Positions 26,571 through 34,618 of a stretch of 38,557 nucleotides of DNA are shown one piece after another. Numbering within the stretch: position 1 is the stretch's first letter; each line of letters starts with the position of its first letter. The stretch covers positions 1 to 38,557 of the forward strand of contig CAZTXC010000002.1 in assembly GCA_964617855.1 (NCBI GenBank), written 5' to 3'. The notes beneath the pieces were generated by a model. It was not told the origin of the DNA and did not search any database. It saw only the letters and a program-made list of their open reading frames with translations. Position numbers and translations under genes: made by a program. This stretch comes from an uncultured Candidatus Saccharibacteria bacterium (GTDB lineage: Bacteria > Patescibacteriota > Saccharimonadia > Saccharimonadales > CAZNVG01).

Positions 26571-28187
26571 ATGTCAAAACAACCAACGAAATATATCTTT
26601 GTTACTGGGGGTGTTTTGAGTGGCTTAGGCAAGGGGATTACCGCGGCAAGTATTGGTAACATACTCAAGAGCAGGGGCTTGCGCGTCAACATTCAAAAGT
26701 GCGACCCCTACCTCAACGTTGACGCCGGGACCCTTAATCCAGCGGAGCATGGTGAGTGTTTTGTCACCAAAGATGGCGCCGAGACAGACCTTGACCTGGG
26801 CCACTATGAGCGTTTCCTAGATATTGAATTGTCACGTGATAGCTCGCTAATGAGCGGACGAGTGCTGCTGGGCTTGATCAAGGCTGAGCGTGCTGGCAAG
26901 TTCTTAGGTAAGACGGTTCAGGTGATCCCGCACCTCACGGACGCTATCAAGGAGAAGATTATAGAAACTGGCCGTGGTTTCGACGTTCATATTGTTGAGA
27001 TTGGAGGCACAGTAGGTGATTATGAGAGCCCTGCATTTATTGAAGCCATTCGCGAGCTAGGTTTTAGGGTGGGGTATGAAAACTCGCTGTATGTACATGT
27101 CGTGTACGTCCCTTATTTGGGTACGAGCAAAGAGTTTAAGACCAAGCCTGCACAGAACGCTGTGAGAGACCTGCGATCAGTGGGTATTCAACCCGATATT
27201 CTAGCGGTGCGAACCGAGGCGCCTGCCCCAGAAACAATCATTCCAAAACTCGCTGCGTTTACTGGAGTTTCAACGGCGGGTATAGCCCTGTTGCCAAATG
27301 CGAAGACGGTGTATCAAGTGCCACTAACCCTCGAGGCGACTGGCATCGGTAACTTCATCACTGATCGTTTAAAATTAAAATCCAAGCGACCCAATCAGAA
27401 GGCGTGGTCCAAGATGGTTGAACGGGCTAGTGATGATCATGGTCGAGTGGCAAAAGTAGCTATGGTTGCAAAGTACCTGGATAACGAAGATACCTACATG
27501 TCTGTAGTCGAGGCGCTTAAGGCTGCGGGTTGGGCGCATGGAGCCCACGTCGACCTGTCTTGGGTGGATGCCGAAGCTATCGAGGAGATGACGCCCGGGG
27601 CAGTTACGAAAGAGCTGAGCAAGTATGATGGCATTGTAGTCCCTGGTGGCTTTGGCGTGCGGGGATTTGAGGGTAAGGTTAAGGCAGCTCAGTCCGCAAT
27701 GGCAAGCAAAAAACCATATCTTGGTCTGTGTCTTGGCTTACACGCTGCCGTTGTTGGCCTGGCTCGTAAAAGTGGGCTGGACAGCGCTAACTCAACTGAA
27801 TTCGATCCTGAGAGCCCAGACCAGGTAATTAGCCTGATGGAGGGGCAGGTGGGCAAAGAGAATACCGGGGGTAGTATGCGACTTGGTGACTATGAGTGCG
27901 TACTAACGCCGAAAAGTTTGTCGGCCAGGTTGTACAAAGACAAAAAGATCGTTGAGCGACACCGTCACCGCTATGAGGTGAATAATAACTATAGACAGAT
28001 TTTGCAAGAAAACGGGTTAGTTTTGTCTGGGCTTTCACCTGATGGTAGTTTGGTAGAAATGATCGAGATGGCTGATCATCCGTTCTTTGTAGCTACTCAG
28101 GCTCACCCTGAGTTTAAGTCTCGCCCCAACCGACCACATCCATTATTTGATGGCTTTATCCAAGCTGCCTTGCAACGAAAAGCATAA
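26571..28187 (+). CDS. pyrG: CTP synthase
   Basis: KYIFVTGGVLSGLGKGI N-terminus and a C-terminal glutamine amidotransferase (GLCLGLH, HRHRYEVN). ATG 26571 follows AAGGAA; GTG 26568 is also possible. Confidence 0.96.
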   Translation: MSKQPTKYIFVTGGVLSGLGKGITAASIGNILKSRGLRVNIQKCDPYLNVDAGTLNPAEHGECFVTKDGAETDLDLGHYERFLDIELSRDSSLMSGRVLLGLIKAERAGKFLGKTVQVIPHLTDAIKEKIIETGRGFDVHIVEIGGTVGDYESPAFIEAIRELGFRVGYENSLYVHVVYVPYLGTSKEFKTKPAQNAVRDLRSVGIQPDILAVRTEAPAPETIIPKLAAFTGVSTAGIALLPNAKTVYQVPLTLEATGIGNFITDRLKLKSKRPNQKAWSKMVERASDDHGRVAKVAMVAKYLDNEDTYMSVVEALKAAGWAHGAHVDLSWVDAEAIEEMTPGAVTKELSKYDGIVVPGGFGVRGFEGKVKAAQSAMASKKPYLGLCLGLHAAVVGLARKSGLDSANSTEFDPESPDQVISLMEGQVGKENTGGSMRLGDYECVLTPKSLSARLYKDKKIVERHRHRYEVNNNYRQILQENGLVLSGLSPDGSLVEMIEMADHPFFVATQAHPEFKSRPNRPHPLFDGFIQAALQRKA

Positions 28188-28207
28188 CCGGGCATAATGG
28201 ATTCATT

Positions 28208-28606
28208 ATGACAAAAGATGAAACCACAAACACCGCTGGCAAGAAGATCCTCCTGGTTGAGGATGATGACGGCTTAGCAAATGTATATAAAATGCGCCTT
28301 GAGAGTGAGGGCTTCGACGTTAATCGAGTCGCCAACGGCGAGAATGCACTTTCTACCGCTGTTAGCTACAAGCCAGACCTAATTCTGCTTGATGTAATGA
28401 TGCCCAAGATTAGCGGCTTCGAGGTACTGGATATCCTCCGAAATACCGCCGAGACCAAGGATATCAAGATTATTATGCTAACAGCATTGTCTCAAGACAA
28501 AGATAAAGAGAAGGCGGAAAGCCTTGGTGCTGACGACTTCTTAGTAAAAAGCCAAGTTGTAATTGCTGACGTCATTGAGCGTGTAAAGCATCATTTAGCA
28601 AAGTAG
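28208..28606 (+). CDS. Single-domain (CheY-like) response regulator, canonical
   Basis: ILLVEDDD acidic pocket, LILLDVMMP phospho-acceptor Asp, IMLTAL Thr and DFLVKS Lys. No output domain. Confidence 0.88.
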   Translation: MTKDETTNTAGKKILLVEDDDGLANVYKMRLESEGFDVNRVANGENALSTAVSYKPDLILLDVMMPKISGFEVLDILRNTAETKDIKIIMLTALSQDKDKEKAESLGADDFLVKSQVVIADVIERVKHHLAK

Positions 28607-28616
28607 AACGAGCAAC

Positions 28617-28916
28617 ATGAATATCAGACTTGCCCATACTGGTGAAGATGGTGAGCAACATGATGATAGCGTAACAGAGTTACAGCAGGCTGCACTGCAA
28701 ACTAAAACTATTGATACGACAGTTCCTGGTCCTGCAGAGGTAGCGGACAAGCCCAACTACGTGTTATTTGCTTCAATTGCCGTTTTGGCCCTGGCAGTCA
28801 TCGCGGTGGTGGTTATTGCCGTTCTCAAAAAGAAGGCAGCTGCAAAGCAGTCAGCCCCCAAGGACCCAGAACCAGTGACGGTGAAACCGACTGGCGAGCC
28901 GCCGGTTAATCAATAA
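28617..28916 (+). CDS. Small bitopic membrane protein, unknown function
   Basis: 99 aa: acidic N-terminal half, one TM helix (YVLFASIAVLALAVIAVVVIAVL), then a KKKAAAK stop-transfer and a Pro-rich tail. Starts 10 nt after the regulator gene. Confidence 0.5.
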   Translation: MNIRLAHTGEDGEQHDDSVTELQQAALQTKTIDTTVPGPAEVADKPNYVLFASIAVLALAVIAVVVIAVLKKKAAAKQSAPKDPEPVTVKPTGEPPVNQ

Positions 28917-28938
28917 GTCTACATCTGTTATAAAGTTG

Positions 28939-28964
28939 ACACTAGCACAATATTGTGCTAGTGT
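28939..28964. repeat. Perfect 26-nt palindrome ACACTAGCACAAT|ATTGTGCTAGTGT overlapping a TTGACA -35 box
   Basis: Read directly: 13+13 nt with perfect dyad symmetry. TTGACA at 28936-28941. Lies 22 nt after the 99-aa ORF stop and 24 nt before ATG 28988. It is either an operator or a hairpin terminator (T-rich TTTATGTGTT follows). Confidence 0.7.
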
Positions 28965-28987
28965 TTATGTGTTAGCAAAAAACAAAC

Positions 28988-30778
28988 ATGAATCACGAAC
29001 TCCAAAATCCCAACCAAGAAGTTGCCGCAGAAGACGTAGAGCGGCTCATTCAGAATGATGAGATGCTGATTGGGTATATGACCGGACTAGCGGCAAAACA
29101 GGCTATTGAGACAGGTATGGCCTATGGCCGGCCAAACCCAGACATATCTGACCTGCAAAATGGCAATAGCCAACGAGACGTTATTTTGTTTCCTACGTTA
29201 CTTGGCGACCATCACTTATCTGAAGGTGAGCGGGCTGCCCGCCTGGCGGCTCAGAGACTTCACCCTGATGAAGACTATGCAAATATTCAGTCAATAAGCC
29301 TTGCTAGTCACGAACAGCCAGTCGCGGATGCCTCAGATGACGTCAAGCTAGGATTCTTGCTTGGGTATCTGGCAAAGGGCCCAACATTTACAAGCCAAGA
29401 ACGGGTTGCGTATGTAGAGGCAATGCAGAAGGGGGAGCCACGGCCAACCGGTACTCCTTTTGAGGACATGCGGTCATTTGCCATTAAAGCCTTGCAAGGC
29501 GAGCCACTTATGAAAGATAAATTCGGCAAGCCCCTGCATGGTGACCTATTTTTCCCTAAGCATTTTGGTCTGCGAGAAGTGGTTAGCGACTTAGCTGCAA
29601 GTACTGACGAACAAAAAGCAAAGTATGTACGCACTTTAACGGGAGAGCCAGAGCCCGTAAGCGAAGCGGAGATCGTCACCAGGCCGCGCGAGGAAGTTGC
29701 ACGTATAGCTGAAGCGGTCGCTGGAACGGCGATGAAGTCAGTTGTTGCAGAGACGCCTGCCGCTCCAAACTTCCGGGGTCTGTTTAGTGGCAGTGATCCG
29801 GCAGCCGAAGCTGCTGAGGCAGAACGAGCGGCTGCAGCTGTTAGGGAACGAGAAGCAGCTGCTGCCGAAGCCGCTGCGCGTAAGGAAGCAGTGGCCAATA
29901 TGGACGTGTCAGCCATATTTAGCACCCCGGATAGTTTACGAGCAACTCTCGAAAATCCAGACACTGAGCCGGAGCTGAAGTACAACATTCATAGCCTAGT
30001 TCGTGCTTGGGAGAACTTGCGAGCCAGCCAGGCTACAAGTGAACTCATGGCTGACACCATTATTGCCAACAGGGGAGAGTTTGACCAAGACCGTGTGGTC
30101 CAAAAACTAGATGGTGTTAAAGAGTTAGCAGCGGATACCCAGCGTTTAATGACCGATGTCGGCAATCTTGATAGTGTAGTAAAGGGCCCTGAAAGTAGTA
30201 GAAGGGATCAACTACGAAGCTTTGCCCATCAGAAGGGTGTTACCGCCGAGCGATCGCAGGCATTGGCTGATCATGTAGAAGAAGTTGACCCGGCAGTGTT
30301 GACGCATCAACTAGCCAAGCAACTTGGCTTTAGCACTGACCATGTTGATGAACGGGTTGAGAGAATGAAGAGTAAGGGTGTTGATAAGCTTTCTGATTCT
30401 GATCTGTTTGACTTCATTGAAGATATGAAAGAGTTTCAAACACTTAGTAGGGGTAGCGATATCGTCGACGCTACTAACGAATTACGAGGTCTTCTACCTC
30501 AGGGGTGGATGAAGGACCGTGACTTTTTAACTGAGGTCGCAACTATTGCTGGTGAGGGCCCCGATAAGCTAGGCAAAGAACTTGCAGACAAGATGAGGAC
30601 CATAAAAGGCGCTTACGCCCAGGCTATTCGTGTAGTTGAAGCGATGAACCATCGTGATCTTGTAAAACAGGACTACATAGACCTCGATGGTAGCACCCCA
30701 GTAATATACACAAGCTTACAAGACATTCAGAGTAGAGTAGCTACGTCGCAACGATTGCTCGAGATGGTTCGAGGATAA
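28988..30778 (+). CDS. Orphan 596-aa acidic, Ala/Glu-rich protein of unknown function
   Basis: Long uninterrupted ORF with no signal peptide or TM segment and no motif I recognise. Central low-complexity AAEAAEAERAAAAVREREAAAAEAAARKEA. Confidence 0.6.
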   Translation: MNHELQNPNQEVAAEDVERLIQNDEMLIGYMTGLAAKQAIETGMAYGRPNPDISDLQNGNSQRDVILFPTLLGDHHLSEGERAARLAAQRLHPDEDYANIQSISLASHEQPVADASDDVKLGFLLGYLAKGPTFTSQERVAYVEAMQKGEPRPTGTPFEDMRSFAIKALQGEPLMKDKFGKPLHGDLFFPKHFGLREVVSDLAASTDEQKAKYVRTLTGEPEPVSEAEIVTRPREEVARIAEAVAGTAMKSVVAETPAAPNFRGLFSGSDPAAEAAEAERAAAAVREREAAAAEAAARKEAVANMDVSAIFSTPDSLRATLENPDTEPELKYNIHSLVRAWENLRASQATSELMADTIIANRGEFDQDRVVQKLDGVKELAADTQRLMTDVGNLDSVVKGPESSRRDQLRSFAHQKGVTAERSQALADHVEEVDPAVLTHQLAKQLGFSTDHVDERVERMKSKGVDKLSDSDLFDFIEDMKEFQTLSRGSDIVDATNELRGLLPQGWMKDRDFLTEVATIAGEGPDKLGKELADKMRTIKGAYAQAIRVVEAMNHRDLVKQDYIDLDGSTPVIYTSLQDIQSRVATSQRLLEMVRG

Positions 30779-30779
30779 C

Positions 30780-31052
30780 TTAAATTACGCTAACTTCGGT
30801 GCGAGGGACGGTCTTGCCAGTAAAGCGGCGAATTTTGGTTTGACGGTAGGAGACGATCCCGTCTTTTGTGGCGTAGATAGTAAAGTCGCGACCATAAGCT
30901 GTGCCAGGGCCGGCTAGCTTGGTGCGACCAACTTGACGAACGATAACACCGCCGGTGCGAACTTTTTCACCACCAAATAGCTTAACCCCTAGGCGCTGGC
31001 CAGGGCTGTCGTGTACGTTTTTAGCTGATCCACCAGCTTTGACATGTGACAT
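30780..31052 (-). CDS. rpmA: 50S ribosomal protein L27
   Basis: MSHVKAGGSAKNVHDSPGQRLGVKLFGGEKV...VRQVGRTK is the canonical L27 signature. Confidence 0.95.
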   Translation of the reverse strand: MSHVKAGGSAKNVHDSPGQRLGVKLFGGEKVRTGGVIVRQVGRTKLAGPGTAYGRDFTIYATKDGIVSYRQTKIRRFTGKTVPRTEVSVI

Positions 31053-31061
31053 AAGTAAACC

Positions 31062-32234
31062 TTACTTTCTTATCAGTACTACTAGTTCACGACCAACGAA
31101 TTGGTCCTCTCGGCAGTAAATCAGGTCTTGATTACTTGCGTGAACAAACTTCAAGCGAGTATACCCGAGTTTCTCGAGGTCGTCAAGGCAGGGAAGGTGA
31201 ATAAAACCGCTTTTCTTGCGCCAAGCGGGCACAGCTAGACAGAGGCGGAAGCCCTCCGGGGTTTGGCTGGCGATATTTTCGAGGGTTTTTCGGTGTAAAT
31301 TGTCTACCTGGGGCAGGATAGTTGAGAGTTCTGTTTGTGTGGCTAAGTGATCAAACGGTTTACCTAGGTATGTCTCGGCCGCAATGAAATCGAAAGGGTC
31401 TTTCCAGGCGTGATTAGTCGCATCACCTCTTTCTACAAGAGATCGCGCTACTTCAGTGTGGCGCTCTCGCAACCACACAAGGTTCCTTTGGGAATAATCA
31501 ACCATACGAGCCTCTACATCACTACCTACGACTGAGAATCCTGCCAACAGGGCCTCTTGTAGGAGTACACCAGTACCGCAAAACGGATCAAGGACTGTAC
31601 CAGATGTCTTGTCGCCAGTAGCGAGGTTAATAATAACTTGAGCTAGTTTTGGCGGGAGCATGCCCACGGCTGCATCACGGTGGGGTCGTGCCTGATCGCG
31701 TTTAGTATAGGCGGTAATATCTTGCACGCCCGTCGTTTGAGCCAGAATGGTGCGCTTACCGTCACGGATGAAGACAAGCTCCAGGCCAGTTGGACCGGTT
31801 AACTGATTATGTAAAACCTGCGCGCTATTAAGGTCGTTGGTTTTATTTGGCACAACTCGAGCCGAGCGACCCGTCTTGGTGATGATTTTCTTTAACCCTA
31901 AGCCAGACTTGTTGATGTCATTGGGTTTGACAGTGATGCCATAGGCGCTAATTCCTAAACGAATCTTGCCTTCGGGTATGTAGACAAGATGATCCGGCAG
32001 CGTCTTGCGAATATAATCCATCAAGGCTGGCCATTGAGTTGTCTCAAGATATGTTAAAAGCTTAGTCGTTTTTATAACACCACCAAGACGATCGATATTG
32101 ACATGGCCAGGTTCAACTTTTAGTTCAACAATGTCATCAGATATATATCGTATGGCCTCTGATCCAAAGATGGCTTCCAGTTCGGCGCGGCCAATGGCGG
32201 GCTGGCGTCCTAACAGGCATATGGTAGTTTGCAT
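31062..32234 (-). CDS. Trm11/THUMP-like class I SAM-dependent RNA (guanine-N2?) methyltransferase
   Basis: MLPPKLAQVIINLA followed by VLDPFCGTGVLLQEA (SAM motif I), as in the Trm11/TrmG10/RlmL families. Motif IV is divergent (AAETYLG instead of DPPYG). Lies 9 nt upstream of rpmA. Confidence 0.55.
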   Translation of the reverse strand: MQTTICLLGRQPAIGRAELEAIFGSEAIRYISDDIVELKVEPGHVNIDRLGGVIKTTKLLTYLETTQWPALMDYIRKTLPDHLVYIPEGKIRLGISAYGITVKPNDINKSGLGLKKIITKTGRSARVVPNKTNDLNSAQVLHNQLTGPTGLELVFIRDGKRTILAQTTGVQDITAYTKRDQARPHRDAAVGMLPPKLAQVIINLATGDKTSGTVLDPFCGTGVLLQEALLAGFSVVGSDVEARMVDYSQRNLVWLRERHTEVARSLVERGDATNHAWKDPFDFIAAETYLGKPFDHLATQTELSTILPQVDNLHRKTLENIASQTPEGFRLCLAVPAWRKKSGFIHLPCLDDLEKLGYTRLKFVHASNQDLIYCREDQFVGRELVVLIRK

Positions 32235-32240
32235 GGGCTG

Positions 32241-32274
32241 ATTATAGCCTGTATAAGGGGTTTCAGGCTATAAT
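32241..32274. promoter_or_regulatory. Divergent promoter region with an 11-bp perfect inverted repeat, each arm carrying TATAAT
   Basis: ATTATAGCCTG (32241-32251) and CAGGCTATAAT (32264-32274) with a 12-nt spacer. The minus-strand TATAAT is 6 nt from the methyltransferase ATG (32234). The plus-strand TATAAT is 16 nt from ATG 32291. Confidence 0.5.
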
Positions 32275-32290
32275 AGACAACTGAACGCCT

Positions 32291-33307
32291 ATGAAAGCCA
32301 AGACATTCTTTAGCCTACTGGCCGCTGTCGCCCTTGCTGTCGTCATCTATGTGGCGCGTGCGGATATTATTGCAGCATGGGGTAAATTGCCAGAAGCTAA
32401 CCCGTGGCTACTGTTTTTGTTAGTGCCGACACAACTACTTGGCTATCACGCTACAGCTAAGATGTATGAGCGTTACTTTGGTGCCTATGGTGACGATATT
32501 GCCTACAAGCCGCTCTATAGCTTGGCGATGGAGTTAAACTTCGTAAATCATGTTTTTCCAAGCGGGGGGATTTCAGGCGCTTCGTACATTTCGTATCGAT
32601 TGAAAAAATGGGGAGTTAGTACGGCGAAAGCAACGCTTGCAGTAATCGCTCGATTCGGCATGCTGTTTGCGTCATTCCAGGTTCTACTCTTGTTGGGTAT
32701 CCTGGGGTTAATTATTAAAGGCAGCGCGTATAAGGCAACAATACTCATCACACTAGGCCTCGGGGCGCTGTTTTTGTTTGGAGGCATGGGCGCACTGTAC
32801 ATCATAAGCTCTCGCAAGCGTAGTACTGCTTTGGCAAATGCAGCCATTCGGTCGATCAATTGGCTAGTAAGGGTCTTCCATATCAAACGCGATCGATTGA
32901 TTGACGAAGACCGTGTCCAGCATACGATGACCGAGCTGAATAAAGACTATATTGCCATCATGCTCGAGAGGCACAAGCTTATCAAGCCGACGGCGTGGGG
33001 TCTGCTCGTTAACTTCACGGAGGTAGTATCGATTTACTGGGTTTACTTGGCATTTGGCCAGAATGTCAATCTCGGCGCGGTCATTATTGCCTATGGCGTT
33101 GCGAACGTGGCTGGAGCTATAGCGGCGCTACCAGGAGGCATTGGTGTGTACGAAAGCATTATGACTATTGTGATGGTGTCAGCGGGCGTACCGGCAGCCG
33201 TCAGTTTGTCGGTAACTGTTGTATATCGAGTTATTAACATGGCAGTATTCATCCCAATCGGCTATGCGCTGTATCACCGGGCGCTCAAGGCACCAAGCCA
33301 TGAGTGA
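32291..33307 (+). CDS. Flippase-like / LPG-synthase-TM (UPF0104) family polytopic membrane protein
   Basis: 338 aa with about 8 TM helices. The N-terminal pattern (short TM, then a polar ...AWGKLPEANPW segment) and the Gly-rich C-terminal helix (ALPGGIGVYE) resemble the MprF flippase-domain family. Confidence 0.5.
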   Translation: MKAKTFFSLLAAVALAVVIYVARADIIAAWGKLPEANPWLLFLLVPTQLLGYHATAKMYERYFGAYGDDIAYKPLYSLAMELNFVNHVFPSGGISGASYISYRLKKWGVSTAKATLAVIARFGMLFASFQVLLLLGILGLIIKGSAYKATILITLGLGALFLFGGMGALYIISSRKRSTALANAAIRSINWLVRVFHIKRDRLIDEDRVQHTMTELNKDYIAIMLERHKLIKPTAWGLLVNFTEVVSIYWVYLAFGQNVNLGAVIIAYGVANVAGAIAALPGGIGVYESIMTIVMVSAGVPAAVSLSVTVVYRVINMAVFIPIGYALYHRALKAPSHE

Positions 33308-34415
33308 TCTTGTGTATGGTGTCTCGGACTTTTTAGCGGTTTTAAACCAAACGCTTGAGGTAGCTTACCCGTATATCACCATTGAGGGTGAATTGGCAGA
33401 TGTTCGTATTAGTAAGCAACGCTGGGCGTATTTTAAGCTCAAAGATGAAACTGGCAGCCTCAATTGCTTCGGGGCGGTCTATATGCTGCCTGGTCCCGTG
33501 GAGGACGGCATGGTGGTGCGGGTGACCGGGTCACCCAAGCATCATATGCAATACGGATTTAGCTTTAATGCACAGTCTATGGCCGTTAGCGGTGAGGGAA
33601 GTTTGCGAAAGGCCTTCGACTTACTCCAGAAAAAGTTGACGGCAGAAGGGCTGTTTGCGCCAGAACGCAAACGTGTGCTGCCGACTATCCCATCATCAGT
33701 CGGCTTGATCACATCAAAGGGTTCTGCTGCCGAAGCGGACTTTCTAAAGATCACCAACGAACGATGGGGCGGTTTGACAATTATCCGGCGAGACTCCTTA
33801 GTGCAGGGTGTTGACGCGCCGGTATCGCTCGTAACGTCAATAAAAGATTGCAACGAGCTGCCTGAGCCACCTGACGTTTTAGTAATTATTCGTGGCGGAG
33901 GGAGTCAAGACGACCTAGCGGCCTTTAACGATGAGCGAGTTGTGCGGGCGGTTGCCGGTAGCCGCGTGCCAACATTGGTCGCTATTGGTCATGAGACTGA
34001 TTTGAGTCTCGCAGAGCTAGCCGCCGATCAAAGAGCTAGTACGCCAACTAACGCTGCCCAGCTGCTTGTACCGGACAGAAACTACATAATCGGACAGGCG
34101 TGGGGTGTAATAGATCAACTAGGGGGCAACCTAAGTAATGAGTTGATAGCCAACAGAGAAGCTCGTCACATTGGCTTAGTCACAATGCAGCACCGCATCA
34201 CGCAGACTCTCGAGTCGCATCGTCAGCAACTTCGTGCCACCAGGGTTCTACTTGGGTCGTACGATCCTCGCCAGGTCTTACAGCGTGGTTATGCGTTAGT
34301 TCGCAAAGCAGGCAAGATTGCTCGATCCGTTAACGACGTACATACTAATGACAAAATTGCTTTGCAGTTTTACGATGGAACGGCAGAAGCGCAGATAGTG
34401 AGCAAGGAGGCGTAA
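33300..34415 (+). CDS. xseA: Exodeoxyribonuclease VII large subunit
   Basis: MSDLVYGVSDFLAVLNQTLE...ITIEGELADV (OB fold), IIRGGGSQDDLAAFNDE and IGHETD. ATG 33300 overlaps the upstream stop (ATGAGTGA). Confidence 0.92.
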   Translation: MSDLVYGVSDFLAVLNQTLEVAYPYITIEGELADVRISKQRWAYFKLKDETGSLNCFGAVYMLPGPVEDGMVVRVTGSPKHHMQYGFSFNAQSMAVSGEGSLRKAFDLLQKKLTAEGLFAPERKRVLPTIPSSVGLITSKGSAAEADFLKITNERWGGLTIIRRDSLVQGVDAPVSLVTSIKDCNELPEPPDVLVIIRGGGSQDDLAAFNDERVVRAVAGSRVPTLVAIGHETDLSLAELAADQRASTPTNAAQLLVPDRNYIIGQAWGVIDQLGGNLSNELIANREARHIGLVTMQHRITQTLESHRQQLRATRVLLGSYDPRQVLQRGYALVRKAGKIARSVNDVHTNDKIALQFYDGTAEAQIVSKEA

Positions 34416-34618
34416 TGACAAAGAAACCCCAGAATTATCAAGATTTATCAGAGCAACTTGATGAGCTACTGGCTTGGTTTGACGGTGATCAAATTGATGT
34501 CGACGAGGCCATTGCCAAGTATGAGCAAGCCATACAGCTCACCAAGCAGCTCGAGGAATATCTAACGAATGCTGAAAACAAGTTAACTGACCTTAAAAAT
34601 ACTCTGCCACAATCATGA
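34415..34618 (+). CDS. xseB: Exodeoxyribonuclease VII small subunit
   Basis: 67-aa helical protein with LDELLAWFDGDQIDVDEAIAKYEQAIQLTKQ. TAATG overlap with xseA. Confidence 0.9.
   Translation: MTKKPQNYQDLSEQLDELLAWFDGDQIDVDEAIAKYEQAIQLTKQLEEYLTNAENKLTDLKNTLPQS

Noticed and set aside
29308-29988. 226-aa minus-strand ORF inside the 596-aa gene, together with the repetitive GCAGCTGCTGCC-type DNA around 29790-29900
   Set aside because: The stop-free antisense frame is a by-product of the GCN/GAR-rich (Ala/Glu) coding segment. The repetitiveness is codon-level low complexity, not a tandem repeat or CRISPR array: there are no regularly spaced identical units. The plus-strand ORF is 2.6 times longer.
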